IMG/VR virus record: IMGVR_UViG_3300025821_000010 | Reading direction: 5' to 3' (one strand) | DNA: 64,000 bases | From: an uncultured virus (IMG/VR IMGVR_UViG_3300025821_000010) | Lineage: Duplodnaviria; Heunggongvirae; Uroviricota; Caudoviricetes | Shown here: positions 29,921 to 40,082 of the stretch, piece after piece | Numbering within the stretch: the first letter of the stretch is position 1 | How the letters are laid out: each line of letters starts with the position of its first letter | The notes under the pieces: model-generated | The model's input: the letters and a program-made list of their open reading frames with translations, nothing else | Told to the model about the DNA's origin: nothing | Databases searched by the model: none | Position numbers and translations under genes: made by a program

Positions 29921-32900
29921 ATGAATGAAATCTATATAAATCCAGAAACAGGGGAGCTATTTGAAGTTAGTGCTGACAAAAAAGATCAATTCTTAATTGA
30001 CTTTCCTAACGCTGTATTACAGACGGAAGAAGAAAAGCCAGAGGAAATAACTACAGAGATGTTTGTTAACCCTGACAATGGCGAACAATTTGAAGTAAGC
30101 ATTGATAAGAAAAATCTTTTTCTACAAGATTTTCCAAACGCAGTTCCAATTGATCAAGCGGGAAAGCAAACACCTTCAGCTCAGGATGCGGTTGCGGGAG
30201 AAAACAAAGCATCCGATACGGATTTACAATCGGAAGATGGTTCTTTGGAATCACGTCAAAATGATATATCTGCTTTTGAAAGTATAAAAAATGCTTTTAT
30301 AAATGTAGGAAAAGATATAAAAGGCATATATGAATTTTGGACTGGCGAAGATCCAGCTTTAGACATAGCAACAGCTAGCATATACAACGGCTTATTTGGT
30401 GCTGAAAAAATGGATGATTTTGTTGAAAGAAACAAAGGCAAGTGGCTCGTTGAAGGTATAGGTACTCAAGAAATATTAGAGAAAATTCCTGAATTAGAAA
30501 AAGATAGGCAAGAAAGAAAACCTACACTTGAAATAATAGAGAGTTTAAAAAAAGGACAAATAGTTGACGCTGGTGCTGGTATAGCTAGCGCTTTTGTTAA
30601 CACAATAGGTTCTGCGTTATATGGGGTAGCAACTATGGGGGCTGGATTTTTTATGGATTTTGCCGCTGACAATTACTTAGAATACAACAAAGCTTTAGCC
30701 AAAAGAAAAAATAAAAAATTAGAAGATTTAATAAAAGAAGACGAAGCTGAGATAATGGTTCCTGTCGGTGTGGCATACGCGCAAGCTTTAGCTGAAAATA
30801 TTGGTTTAGGTAAAATGCTAAAACCAGTTGGTAAAGCTGCCTCTAAAACTATATTTAAAAAAGCTATAGAAGGTTATGGTAAGGGTAAATCAGCAACTTT
30901 ATTAGAAGCTGGTGGAACAGAAGCTATTACCGAAATGTTTCAATACGGAGCGGAAGAGTTTAACAGGAAGTTAGGGGAAACAGGAAAAGAATCAGAAGCT
31001 GCTGGCGCGTTTTTTGATGGAGTTTTTTCTCAACAAGGTTTTGAAAGTGGACTTCAAGGTTTAGTTGGTGGTATAGGTGTTTCTGGATCTAGAATGTTAG
31101 CTAATAACAACGCTAGAACTCCAACTGATGTTGATGCTATTGATAATGATTTAAAAAATCTTTCTAATCTAAACAAAGAGTATAATAGAGCTAGATCTGA
31201 GACCGTTAAGGAAGGTGTACAAGAAAGAATTAATGAAGTAAAAAACAACATATCAGAAAGAGTTAAAAGAACAAATCTGCAAGTAGAAAACATGACTGAA
31301 GAGCAGATTGAAAAAATAAATGAACTAGGTAAATTAGCTGAAGTTCAATTAAGTAAAGTAGATAAGTTAAACGAAGAGTTTGATGATGGAAAAATAGATA
31401 GAAAGCAATATACCTCAGCTTTAAATGGTTTCAACAAAGCTTATATCGATACAAAAAACAAAATACATGAGGTATTATTAGAAGAAAATATAGAAGTAGC
31501 AACTAAATTATCTAAAGACTTAGGTTTTGAAAAAGACCCAAATGTTTACAATACAACTTTGGAATACAATATTGCTTTAGCTAAAAAACTAGGTATTACA
31601 CTTAAAGAAGCTAAAGATGTATCTAAAAATACTGATGGTGTTTTTATAGGTGAAGGTGAAATACTAATAGACAAGCAAAGAGCTATTGAGATTGGCGCTG
31701 TTAGCGTTGGTAGTCATGAGATATTACATCCTATTTTAAATGCTGTTATTGGTGATAAGAAAAGTCAAGGAAAAATTGTAAATGAATTCAAAAAGGTAAT
31801 GACCTCTAAGCAACGTACTTACGTTGAACAACAACTCAGAGATAATGTAGATCAATCTAAATGGGATACAGAATACTTAAACTATTTTTCAGACGGAATA
31901 CTTAAAGGTAAAATAGATTATGATAAAACACTGTTTGAAAGAATAGGTGATATAATAATTAGAATATTCAAAGGCAAAGGCTTTAACAATATATCATTTG
32001 ATAATGGTAGAGATGTGTATAATTTCTTAAAAGAATATAACACAAGCATAAAAGAAACGGGTAAAGTTAGTAGTAAAGCTGTTGAAGCTATAAAAGCTGG
32101 TGAAGTAAAAACTGGTCGTAAAGCTGCAACTGTTGGTTTAGCTGGTAGTATTCAAAAATCAACTACAGAGGATTTAAACAAAAAAGTAGATAATCTTGTT
32201 GGACAAAAAGATGAAGCTGGCAATTACAAGTACAAAAGCAAAGAAGAATTTCAATCTTCAGAAGAATTTGTAAATGCATACGACAAAATAATTAATGGAA
32301 AACTTTTAGATGGTTTAATATTAAAAGGAATTGAAGGAAGAGATGTATATGGTGTATCTCTTGAAGATTTCATAGAACAAGTAAAAACAGGACAAGGAAG
32401 TTTAACTGATCTTTTATTAAAATTCGATCCAACCAAAAACAATAGTTTAATTGGATATATAAATAGTCAATTAAGCTATAAAAAAGGAGATTTATTAAAG
32501 AAACTTAAGAAACAACAAACTAAATCAATAGACACAGCCGCTGGTGAAGTAGGTTCTATAGCCGAATTAGAAGCTGATGATACATCAGAAGCTATATTTG
32601 AAGAGTCCATGGCTGAAGAGCAACGTCAAAGTGGTCTTATTAAAGCTGAAGAAATATTATCTAAAGACTTTGTTAAAGCAGCTACAGAAGAAGTAGTTGG
32701 TAAATTAGCTCAAATCACTCCAAAAGATTTAACATTTAAAAATGTAAAAGGATTAGTAGTTGATACACTGGCTAAAGAAATAGGTATACCAGCTAAAAAA
32801 ATAATGGACACTACAGCTAACATGTCTAGTCAAGAAATGGGTGTGTCTATAAACTGGATTAAGCAACATGCTAATCAAATAGCCAAGATAATGCCACAAG

Positions 32901-35900
32901 GTGCTGTGTTAGATTCCGCTAGTGAAAAACTGCTCGGTACAGCCACTGGTATTGCTAATTCAATTCTTAAAAATCCAAAACTATATACTAAAAACCCTAG
33001 GATTAAAAAAGGTCCTGGTCTTTCTCCATTTGTTAAAAACAAAAACATTAAAGGAGAAGATGTTTTAAACGCTATTGGTATTGTAAATGGTGAACCAAAA
33101 CCTGGCATTGGACCTAGAACACCAGAGGGTCAAGCTGTAAAAGGTATACTAGCTATGTATGAGAAACTTGTTTCTAACTCTTTATTGAGACAAGAGCTTA
33201 TTGATCAAGGCGAATCATTAAATGTTATACAAGATATTGGTGCTGGAAAAGGCGATTTGATGTTTAGTATGTCTTCAGAAGACATTAAACTATTAAACCA
33301 GTATGATATAAATGGATATAAACTTGAATCAAAAGCAGACATTAACAAATATATATCTGATTTAAGAAAATTAATACCATTACTAAATACAAATGATTTT
33401 AAAATACTAAACGCGACTGTATTACAGTTTTCTAATTTAGACACAAAAGAGCTTGTAAAATACCTTCAAAGTGAATTAAAAAAATTAAGCAAATCTAAAG
33501 AATTAACTAGATTTGTTACTATAAGTAGAACAGCTGTTAGAAAAAAATTTGGTAGTACTTTTGAAGATTTAAAAGAAAAAATAAAAATACCAGGATATGT
33601 TCAAGAATACAATGAACAAAATTCATTAGTTTTTGAAAAAATGTGGAACACTATAAATGAAATACTAAGTGATCCTAAGAATAAAGATCTAGCACCTGTA
33701 ATAGTTACTTTTTTAGCTAACTCACAAATAGAAAAAGCAAATCCACATAGATTAGGAGCTCCATTAGTAGCTTATGAATTAGCTAATGGTAGAATAGACA
33801 GCTATGAACATGCAATGCCTTCTGTTGAAGCTTACAGAAGATTAATAAAGGCTTCTTTAGATCCTAATATTGATTTTGCGGAAGAGTTTGAGTTTGTAAA
33901 AAATAATTACAAGCTTATGGCTATAACAAAAGAAACTGACGATAAACTACTAGCAAATGGTAGTAATAGTTTTTTTGATACTAAATGGAAGCATTGGTGG
34001 CAGAGATATTTTAATCCTAAGGTTGCTGCTTTAAAAGGTGGTATAGATCCTAGTAAAATATATTCTATATACGCAGAAGAAAGCTTAGCAGAGGAATATA
34101 ATATAACAAATAAAGGAGCTAAAGAAGGTCAGTTTAGTAAAAACTTAAATAGAGAATTTAACGATATACTACAAGCAACTACTGGTGTTGATTCTAAGAA
34201 AACATACAGTAAGATTGGCGCTGAAATGGCGGGATCTAAAAAAGGTAGGTTTGATTTCTTTATACCACCTGGAGCCGAAGACTTTATAGGTTTAATATAC
34301 AAGACTTTAGGCAAAGGGGAAATAGGTGATAGACAATTAGCTTGGTACAAGAAAAACTTTTTTGATCCATACGCTAGAGCTATGGCTGCTGTTACTAAAG
34401 ATAGGGTTGTAATGGCTCAAAAGTTCAAAGATCTTAGAAAAGAACTTAAGATAGTACCTAAAAATTTAAGAAAAAAATTACCAGGTGAAGGTTTTACTCA
34501 AGAGCAAGCTGTTAGAGTTTATATATGGACCAAGCAAGGTGAAAAAATACCTGGTTTAAACGAAGGAGATTTAAGTACATTAAATGATTACGTAAAAAAT
34601 AACCCAGAATTAAAAGAGTTTGGCGATAGACTTATAGCTATAGCAGGTAAAGATGCTTATGTTGCACCAAGAGAAGGTTGGACAGCTGGTACTATAACTA
34701 CAGATCTTTTAGATACGGTTAATGGTAGTAAAAGAGCTATGCACTTAGAGCAGTGGCAAGATAATGTTAACGCTGTATTTACTGAAGAGAACTTAAACAA
34801 GTTAGAAGCATTATATGGTAAGTCTTATAGAGTAGCATTAGAAAACATACTTAAAAGAATGAAGTCTGGTAGAAACAGATTGTTTACATCGGACTCTTTA
34901 ACTGGTAGGTTTGTTGATTGGATTTCTAATTCAATTGGTAGTATCATGTTCTTTAACAGTAGATCAGCTATACTACAAACAATATCTTCTATTAACTTTA
35001 TAAACTTTACAGATAACAACATTATAGCCGCTGGTAAAGCGTTAGCTAACCCAAAACAGTTTGCTTCAGACTTTATGACGCTTATGAACTCTGAGTTTTT
35101 AGTAGATAGACGTAATGGTCTTAGAATAAATGTTAACGAAGCTGATATTGCTAACATAGCTGCTACATCTAAAAACAAAGCTAAAGCTTTTATAAGTGAA
35201 ATGCTTAAGTTAGGTTTCTTACCTACTCAAATTGCAGATAGTTTTGCAATAGCTTCTGGTGGCGCTGCTTTTTATAGAAACAGGATCAACACTTACTTAA
35301 AGCAAGGATTGAATCAGACAACTGCAGAGCAAAATGCAATGAGGGATTTTAGAGAAACCGCTGAAGAATCTCAACAGTCTAGTAGACCAGATAAAATATC
35401 ACAACAACAAGCTGGTCCATTAGGACGTATTATATTGGCTTTTGCAAATACTCCAGCACAATATGCTAGAATAATTAAAAAAGCTGCCTTAGATCTTAAG
35501 AATGGACGAGGGGATAGAAAAACAAATATATCTAAAATAGTTTATTATGGAGTAGCACAAAACTTATTGTTTAGTGCAATGCAAAATGCTTTGTTTGCTT
35601 TAATGTTTGATGGAGATGAAGACGAAGAAAAAGCAGAGGAGGAAAACAAGAAGTATGGTAGAGTAGCAAACAATATGGCAGACAGTTTACTAAGAGGTAT
35701 GGGGTTTGTTGGTGCTGTTACATCTGTAGTTAAAAATGCTGCGTTAAAAATAGTAGAAGAAAGTAACAAGGACATACCTAAGTATGAAAAAGCAGCTAAA
35801 GAATTAATAAAAATATCACCACCTATATCTTCTAAACTATCTAAAGTTGAATCAGCATTAAGATCAGCAAGCTGGGATAGGGATAAAATAAAAGAAGCAG

Positions 35901-36178
35901 GTTTAAGTATAGACAACCCAGCTTATATGATTGGGGGAAAATTATCATCAGCAGCTTTTAACATACCACTTGATAGAGCGCTAACTAAAGTAGATAACAT
36001 ACAAAACGCTATGTCAAAAGAAACAGAAATTTGGCAAAAATTCGCGTTGTTAGCTGGTTGGCAATCTTGGGAATTAGGTATTGAAGACGAAGATGATAAA
36101 ACTAAAAGAGGATCAACTAAAAGAAAAACATCAGAAAGAAAAACAGTTAAACGTAAAACAGTAAAACGAAACAAATAA
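29921..36178 (+). CDS. Large multidomain internal virion/ejection protein with HExxH zincin motif and sigma-factor-like segment
   Basis: 2085 aa at end of structural module; HEILH at aa ~599; SLEDFIEQ...LLKFDPTKNNSLIGYI at aa ~810-850. Confidence 0.65.
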   Translation: MNEIYINPETGELFEVSADKKDQFLIDFPNAVLQTEEEKPEEITTEMFVNPDNGEQFEVSIDKKNLFLQDFPNAVPIDQAGKQTPSAQDAVAGENKASDTDLQSEDGSLESRQNDISAFESIKNAFINVGKDIKGIYEFWTGEDPALDIATASIYNGLFGAEKMDDFVERNKGKWLVEGIGTQEILEKIPELEKDRQERKPTLEIIESLKKGQIVDAGAGIASAFVNTIGSALYGVATMGAGFFMDFAADNYLEYNKALAKRKNKKLEDLIKEDEAEIMVPVGVAYAQALAENIGLGKMLKPVGKAASKTIFKKAIEGYGKGKSATLLEAGGTEAITEMFQYGAEEFNRKLGETGKESEAAGAFFDGVFSQQGFESGLQGLVGGIGVSGSRMLANNNARTPTDVDAIDNDLKNLSNLNKEYNRARSETVKEGVQERINEVKNNISERVKRTNLQVENMTEEQIEKINELGKLAEVQLSKVDKLNEEFDDGKIDRKQYTSALNGFNKAYIDTKNKIHEVLLEENIEVATKLSKDLGFEKDPNVYNTTLEYNIALAKKLGITLKEAKDVSKNTDGVFIGEGEILIDKQRAIEIGAVSVGSHEILHPILNAVIGDKKSQGKIVNEFKKVMTSKQRTYVEQQLRDNVDQSKWDTEYLNYFSDGILKGKIDYDKTLFERIGDIIIRIFKGKGFNNISFDNGRDVYNFLKEYNTSIKETGKVSSKAVEAIKAGEVKTGRKAATVGLAGSIQKSTTEDLNKKVDNLVGQKDEAGNYKYKSKEEFQSSEEFVNAYDKIINGKLLDGLILKGIEGRDVYGVSLEDFIEQVKTGQGSLTDLLLKFDPTKNNSLIGYINSQLSYKKGDLLKKLKKQQTKSIDTAAGEVGSIAELEADDTSEAIFEESMAEEQRQSGLIKAEEILSKDFVKAATEEVVGKLAQITPKDLTFKNVKGLVVDTLAKEIGIPAKKIMDTTANMSSQEMGVSINWIKQHANQIAKIMPQGAVLDSASEKLLGTATGIANSILKNPKLYTKNPRIKKGPGLSPFVKNKNIKGEDVLNAIGIVNGEPKPGIGPRTPEGQAVKGILAMYEKLVSNSLLRQELIDQGESLNVIQDIGAGKGDLMFSMSSEDIKLLNQYDINGYKLESKADINKYISDLRKLIPLLNTNDFKILNATVLQFSNLDTKELVKYLQSELKKLSKSKELTRFVTISRTAVRKKFGSTFEDLKEKIKIPGYVQEYNEQNSLVFEKMWNTINEILSDPKNKDLAPVIVTFLANSQIEKANPHRLGAPLVAYELANGRIDSYEHAMPSVEAYRRLIKASLDPNIDFAEEFEFVKNNYKLMAITKETDDKLLANGSNSFFDTKWKHWWQRYFNPKVAALKGGIDPSKIYSIYAEESLAEEYNITNKGAKEGQFSKNLNREFNDILQATTGVDSKKTYSKIGAEMAGSKKGRFDFFIPPGAEDFIGLIYKTLGKGEIGDRQLAWYKKNFFDPYARAMAAVTKDRVVMAQKFKDLRKELKIVPKNLRKKLPGEGFTQEQAVRVYIWTKQGEKIPGLNEGDLSTLNDYVKNNPELKEFGDRLIAIAGKDAYVAPREGWTAGTITTDLLDTVNGSKRAMHLEQWQDNVNAVFTEENLNKLEALYGKSYRVALENILKRMKSGRNRLFTSDSLTGRFVDWISNSIGSIMFFNSRSAILQTISSINFINFTDNNIIAAGKALANPKQFASDFMTLMNSEFLVDRRNGLRINVNEADIANIAATSKNKAKAFISEMLKLGFLPTQIADSFAIASGGAAFYRNRINTYLKQGLNQTTAEQNAMRDFRETAEESQQSSRPDKISQQQAGPLGRIILAFANTPAQYARIIKKAALDLKNGRGDRKTNISKIVYYGVAQNLLFSAMQNALFALMFDGDEDEEKAEEENKKYGRVANNMADSLLRGMGFVGAVTSVVKNAALKIVEESNKDIPKYEKAAKELIKISPPISSKLSKVESALRSASWDRDKIKEAGLSIDNPAYMIGGKLSSAAFNIPLDRALTKVDNIQNAMSKETEIWQKFALLAGWQSWELGIEDEDDKTKRGSTKRKTSERKTVKRKTVKRNK

Positions 36179-36181
36179 ACT

Positions 36182-36454
36182 ATGGAACCATTAATTATTA
36201 TTTTAGGAATTTCACTAATAGTTAACTTTATTTTAGGTCTTATGCACTTAAATAAAATTAAAGATGAGGATAAAGATTTTATTCCAGACGCTATAGAAGA
36301 CAAAGCAACCAAGGTAAAAGAACAAACTATGCATCGTTTAGGAAGAATTAAAGAGGAGCTAGCCGATGTAGGCGCCGCTATCAAGGAAGTTGGTAATCAA
36401 ATTGGTGACTTACCAGATGCTGCAAAAGGTAAAACTAGAAAAGGCAGAAAATAA
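36182..36454 (+). CDS. Membrane-anchored coiled-coil protein (possible spanin-like)
   Basis: N-terminal TM helix then coiled coil, basic tail. Confidence 0.45.
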   Translation: MEPLIIILGISLIVNFILGLMHLNKIKDEDKDFIPDAIEDKATKVKEQTMHRLGRIKEELADVGAAIKEVGNQIGDLPDAAKGKTRKGRK

Positions 36455-36576
36455 TGGCAAGAAAAAAAGCAGTAAAAGCTTGCTGGTCAGGCTTTGAAGC
36501 AATAGGTTTTAAAATGAAAGGTTCTAAAAGAGTACCTAACTGTGTACCTATTAAAAAGAAAGGAACAAAAAAATAA
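36454..36576 (+). CDS. 40-aa basic protein with CW.G(F/Y)...G.K.K....VPNCV motif, missing from ORF track
   Basis: MARKKAVKACWSGFEAIGFKMKGSKRVPNCVPIKKKGTKK. Confidence 0.6.
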   Translation: MARKKAVKACWSGFEAIGFKMKGSKRVPNCVPIKKKGTKK

Positions 36577-36606
36577 TGGGCAACATACCCAATAGTTCCT
36601 GTAACC

Positions 36607-36640
36607 AAAAAGGGGAAGCTGTAATGGCCTCCCCTTTTTT
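36607..36640. terminator. Bidirectional terminator between the convergent gene arms
   Basis: AAAAAGGGGAAGC-loop-GCCTCCCCTTTTTT. Confidence 0.85.
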
Positions 36641-36695
36641 CATTGATAACTAATAAAAATAAAATAACTAAACAATACCTGGCAAATGGTATATT

Positions 36696-38471
36696 TTATC
36701 CGTCACAAGATACACAATCTGGATCCATAGCTGCAGCAGCAATATCTCCTCTTAAAACCGATTCAGTTCTTGTGTAATATAAAGTCTTCACTCCTTTTTT
36801 CCATGCTTCAAAATGAACTTGATTAATCCACTTTGGTGTAGCAGTACTTGGAAAAGCTAAGTTTAAACTAACTGATTGATCTATGTACTGTTGACGTATT
36901 CCAGCTTGACTAACTAATTCTAACTGGTTTATTTCTTTGAACGTTTTAAACACATCTTTAACGGTATCATAACCGTGTAACATATCTTGTTCTGACGCGT
37001 CAGGTAAATATACTAATTTTTTATTAATATAAGCCCAATCGTCTAAAATATTTATGTCCTGAACACTTCCACCGTCAACAAGTATTTTCTCCCAAGTTTC
37101 TTCTGTATCAATACCGATCTTCTTTAAAACTTTAATAAGCTCTTTATTTTTTCTAATAAACGTACCTTTCGCAGATTGCTCTGTAAAAACATTAGCAGCC
37201 CAAGGCTCAATACCTGGACTAACATTACCAGATAGTTTACTATTTGATACAGTAGGTGCAATAGCCCTAAGATGAGTATTCCTAAGTCCAGTATCACGAC
37301 ACCATAAAGGTTCTCCATATACCTCGGCAAGATCACGCGATGCCCTTTCACTTTCGATTTTAATCTGACTAAATATTCTTCTAGTCTCAAACTGAGCTTG
37401 TAATCCTTCAAAAGGTATTCCACTTTGCTGGAGGTAAGTGTGCCACCCAAGGACTCCAAGACCAAGCGCTCGTCCTTTTTCTGCAAAACGAACTGAGTTT
37501 TCAAATCCTTTAAGGCCTTTAGCCTTTTGTATAAACTCTTCAAGTACTCCATCTAAAAACCATATTGCGTGGTAGATTAAATTAGTATCTTTCCACTCGT
37601 TATACTTACTTAAATTCAATGAAGATAAACAGCATACAAAGCTATGATTTTCATCAGTATGTAATGTTATCTCACTACATATGTTAGTCATATGTACTTT
37701 TAAACCATTTTTCTTGTAAGCTTCTGGATTAGCTTTATTTGTATTGCCTTTAAAAAGAATATAAGGTTCACCAGTTGCTTTACGTTTTTGTAAAAGTTTA
37801 CTCCATTTTCTTCTAGCTTCAGCATCTCCCTCTTCTAGTTTTCTCATAAACTTATCACCAACCACAGCACATTGATGTAGGTTTAATGATTGTCTATTAA
37901 CGTCTCCTTTAGGTTCCCTTATTTCTAACCATTCTTCAAAGTCACCGTGGTCAATGTTGATATTTACACTAGCGGCTCCTCTTCTTACTGATCCTTGGTT
38001 AGTAGCAAGAATAGTAGAATCGTATATCTTACAGAAAGGCACAACGCCATCTGACGTACCATTACCTGTAATTTTAGCACCAGCTGGTCGTATCATATTA
38101 ATACCGATACCTACACCACCTCCGTGTTTAGCCAACAACATCATCTCTAAATTCTTACCTCCAATTTCTTGAATACTATCACCAACATCGATACCAAAGC
38201 AAGATATAGGTAAACCTCTATCTGTGCCAGTATTAGATAAAACAGGTGAAGCTAGGTTTAACCAACCATTCCATATATATTCGAAAAACTTTTCAGCAAG
38301 CTCAGGCTTATATAATCTTTTAGCAACAGTTGTTGATACCCTCGTATAAGCATCTCTTGGCGTTTCATTAGGTAATAAATACCCACCAATAATAGTTTTT
38401 TTATAAACTTCAGTATTACCCCATGAAGGATAATCCTTACCTTTTACCCAATCATTATTCCACATCTCCAA
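36696..38471 (-). CDS. nrdA: Class I ribonucleotide reductase alpha subunit (short, no ATP cone evident)
   Basis: ISCF, TNICSEI, VCCLSSLNL, APTVSNS, KTLYY, C-terminal CVSCDG. Confidence 0.95.
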   Translation of the reverse strand: MEMWNNDWVKGKDYPSWGNTEVYKKTIIGGYLLPNETPRDAYTRVSTTVAKRLYKPELAEKFFEYIWNGWLNLASPVLSNTGTDRGLPISCFGIDVGDSIQEIGGKNLEMMLLAKHGGGVGIGINMIRPAGAKITGNGTSDGVVPFCKIYDSTILATNQGSVRRGAASVNINIDHGDFEEWLEIREPKGDVNRQSLNLHQCAVVGDKFMRKLEEGDAEARRKWSKLLQKRKATGEPYILFKGNTNKANPEAYKKNGLKVHMTNICSEITLHTDENHSFVCCLSSLNLSKYNEWKDTNLIYHAIWFLDGVLEEFIQKAKGLKGFENSVRFAEKGRALGLGVLGWHTYLQQSGIPFEGLQAQFETRRIFSQIKIESERASRDLAEVYGEPLWCRDTGLRNTHLRAIAPTVSNSKLSGNVSPGIEPWAANVFTEQSAKGTFIRKNKELIKVLKKIGIDTEETWEKILVDGGSVQDINILDDWAYINKKLVYLPDASEQDMLHGYDTVKDVFKTFKEINQLELVSQAGIRQQYIDQSVSLNLAFPSTATPKWINQVHFEAWKKGVKTLYYTRTESVLRGDIAAAAMDPDCVSCDG

Positions 38472-38679
38472 GATCTAATTTAGTTTTTTCTTCAGTTACT
38501 TTTTCTTTAAGTTGTTCAATAGCCTCGTCATAACCAGGCATCAATTTAACAGCTTCTAACGTACCTACAGATAAATCTTTAAGATATGTGTTTTCATTTA
38601 ATAATTGTTGAACTACGTTGATTAATGCAACAACCTTTTTTTCTAGTAGATCTTGTCTACTTTGTTTTTGTCCTTTCAT
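38455..38679 (-). CDS. Hypothetical protein between nrdB and nrdA
   Basis: 74-aa coupled ORF. Confidence 0.55.
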   Translation of the reverse strand: MKGQKQSRQDLLEKKVVALINVVQQLLNENTYLKDLSVGTLEAVKLMPGYDEAIEQLKEKVTEEKTKLDLGDVE

Positions 38680-38694
38680 TTTATTTTATTTAAT

Positions 38695-39663
38695 TTACCA
38701 AATATCTTCAAAGTCTTCTCCTTCACCTGCTTTAGAGTAATCAGTCGGGCGAATAGCAAAAAAATCAGTATGAGTGAGCCCCCCGGTAAGATGATAGAAC
38801 CAGTCAAGATTACTTGCTGCTTTTTTGTCAAATTCAAAGTATTCCCCACTGTCCCTGTAACCGAGTTCAATAATTTTTTCATTGAGTCTTTTTCTAATGA
38901 ATTGCTTGAGGTCGTAAGCTTTAAGGTTTTCGATGTCTCCAAGCTCAAACATTTTGTCAATATAGTTTTCTTCTGCTTTAAGTATTGCTTCTGCTGCATC
39001 TAATACTTCTTCTTTACAATCATTTAAAAGTTTGGGATCTTCTTCGCACATGTGTCTAAATAATTGACAACCCATTTTACTGTGCAACGACTCGTCTCTT
39101 ACAGACCATTTCATTTGTTGCCCAACACCTTTTAATAGGTTTCTTAATTGAAAACTATATAGTACAGCAAAAGCAGAATAAAGAGAAACACCCTCAGCAA
39201 AAGCAGAGAATATAGCAAGAGACTTAGCAATACCAAGGCGATCATTACCTTCATAAGAAACCAAATTTTCAAATCTTTGCATCGTTGCTTCATCTTGTAA
39301 AAAAGCCTCAAAATCTTCCAGTCCAAGTGTTTCATTTAGATATGAATAAGCGACAGCATGAATAGTCTCTTGAGAGCCAAACATCATAGCCATCTGTTGT
39401 ATTTCGTGTTTAGGAAACCATCCAACTACTTTTTGCGTCCAGTAATCAGATACAGCACATTCTGTTTGTGCAAAACCTAATAATATATTGCCAACTAGGT
39501 TTTTTTCTTCTTTAGTTAGTTTTTCATTCCAATCTTTTACATCACCTGACATAGATATTTCAGTGTGTAACCAAAAAGCTTGAGCTTGTTTTAACCAACC
39601 TTCCGTGTAGTAAACTGGGTATTCAAATGGTTTGTATGGTATTCTAGGAGTAAATAATGACAT
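38695..39663 (-). CDS. nrdB: Class I ribonucleotide reductase beta subunit
   Basis: YKPFEYP, FAQTE, QETIHAVAY, AEGVSLYSAF, RDESLH, DFFA.RPTDY. Confidence 0.95.
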   Translation of the reverse strand: MSLFTPRIPYKPFEYPVYYTEGWLKQAQAFWLHTEISMSGDVKDWNEKLTKEEKNLVGNILLGFAQTECAVSDYWTQKVVGWFPKHEIQQMAMMFGSQETIHAVAYSYLNETLGLEDFEAFLQDEATMQRFENLVSYEGNDRLGIAKSLAIFSAFAEGVSLYSAFAVLYSFQLRNLLKGVGQQMKWSVRDESLHSKMGCQLFRHMCEEDPKLLNDCKEEVLDAAEAILKAEENYIDKMFELGDIENLKAYDLKQFIRKRLNEKIIELGYRDSGEYFEFDKKAASNLDWFYHLTGGLTHTDFFAIRPTDYSKAGEGEDFEDIW

Positions 39664-40082
39664 ATTTATTAGTTATTTAAAGATTTAATAGTTTGCAATG
39701 TATTTATCCATGATTCACAATAAGAAATCATGTCTTGTTTTTTGTGTGACCCGCTTGTAACTGATTTCATTTCAAATATTAAATCATCTAAAAAAAAATC
39801 AATAGCTTCATTCTGCTTATACGTCATGGTATATAGTAAAGCATAGTTCTACAATAGGTAGGTACAATACGTGATCAGTTGCTTGTTCTGATTGATATGA
39901 TCTAATACCAATCAATATGCCTGGATATAATCCAATACTTAATTCCCAGTCTTTCATTTATTCTACTTTTATGTTATACTTATTTTGCATTTCAACAAGC
40001 TCTTTGTATTTAATTTTACCTCTTATTTCCCAACTCCATTTAATCCACTTATCAATCTGACGCTGAGCATACTTCTGTCTAG

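Noticed and set aside
29921..36178. Virion RNA polymerase as in crAss-like or N4 phages
   Set aside because: No catalytic DxDxD in a double-psi-barrel context; the DGDED near the C-terminus is part of an acidic tract
3067..36384. Antisense and alternative-frame ORFs in the track (e.g. 9421-10017, 12633-13277, 35923-36384)
   Set aside because: They overlap well-supported genes, lack motifs and look like shadow ORFs
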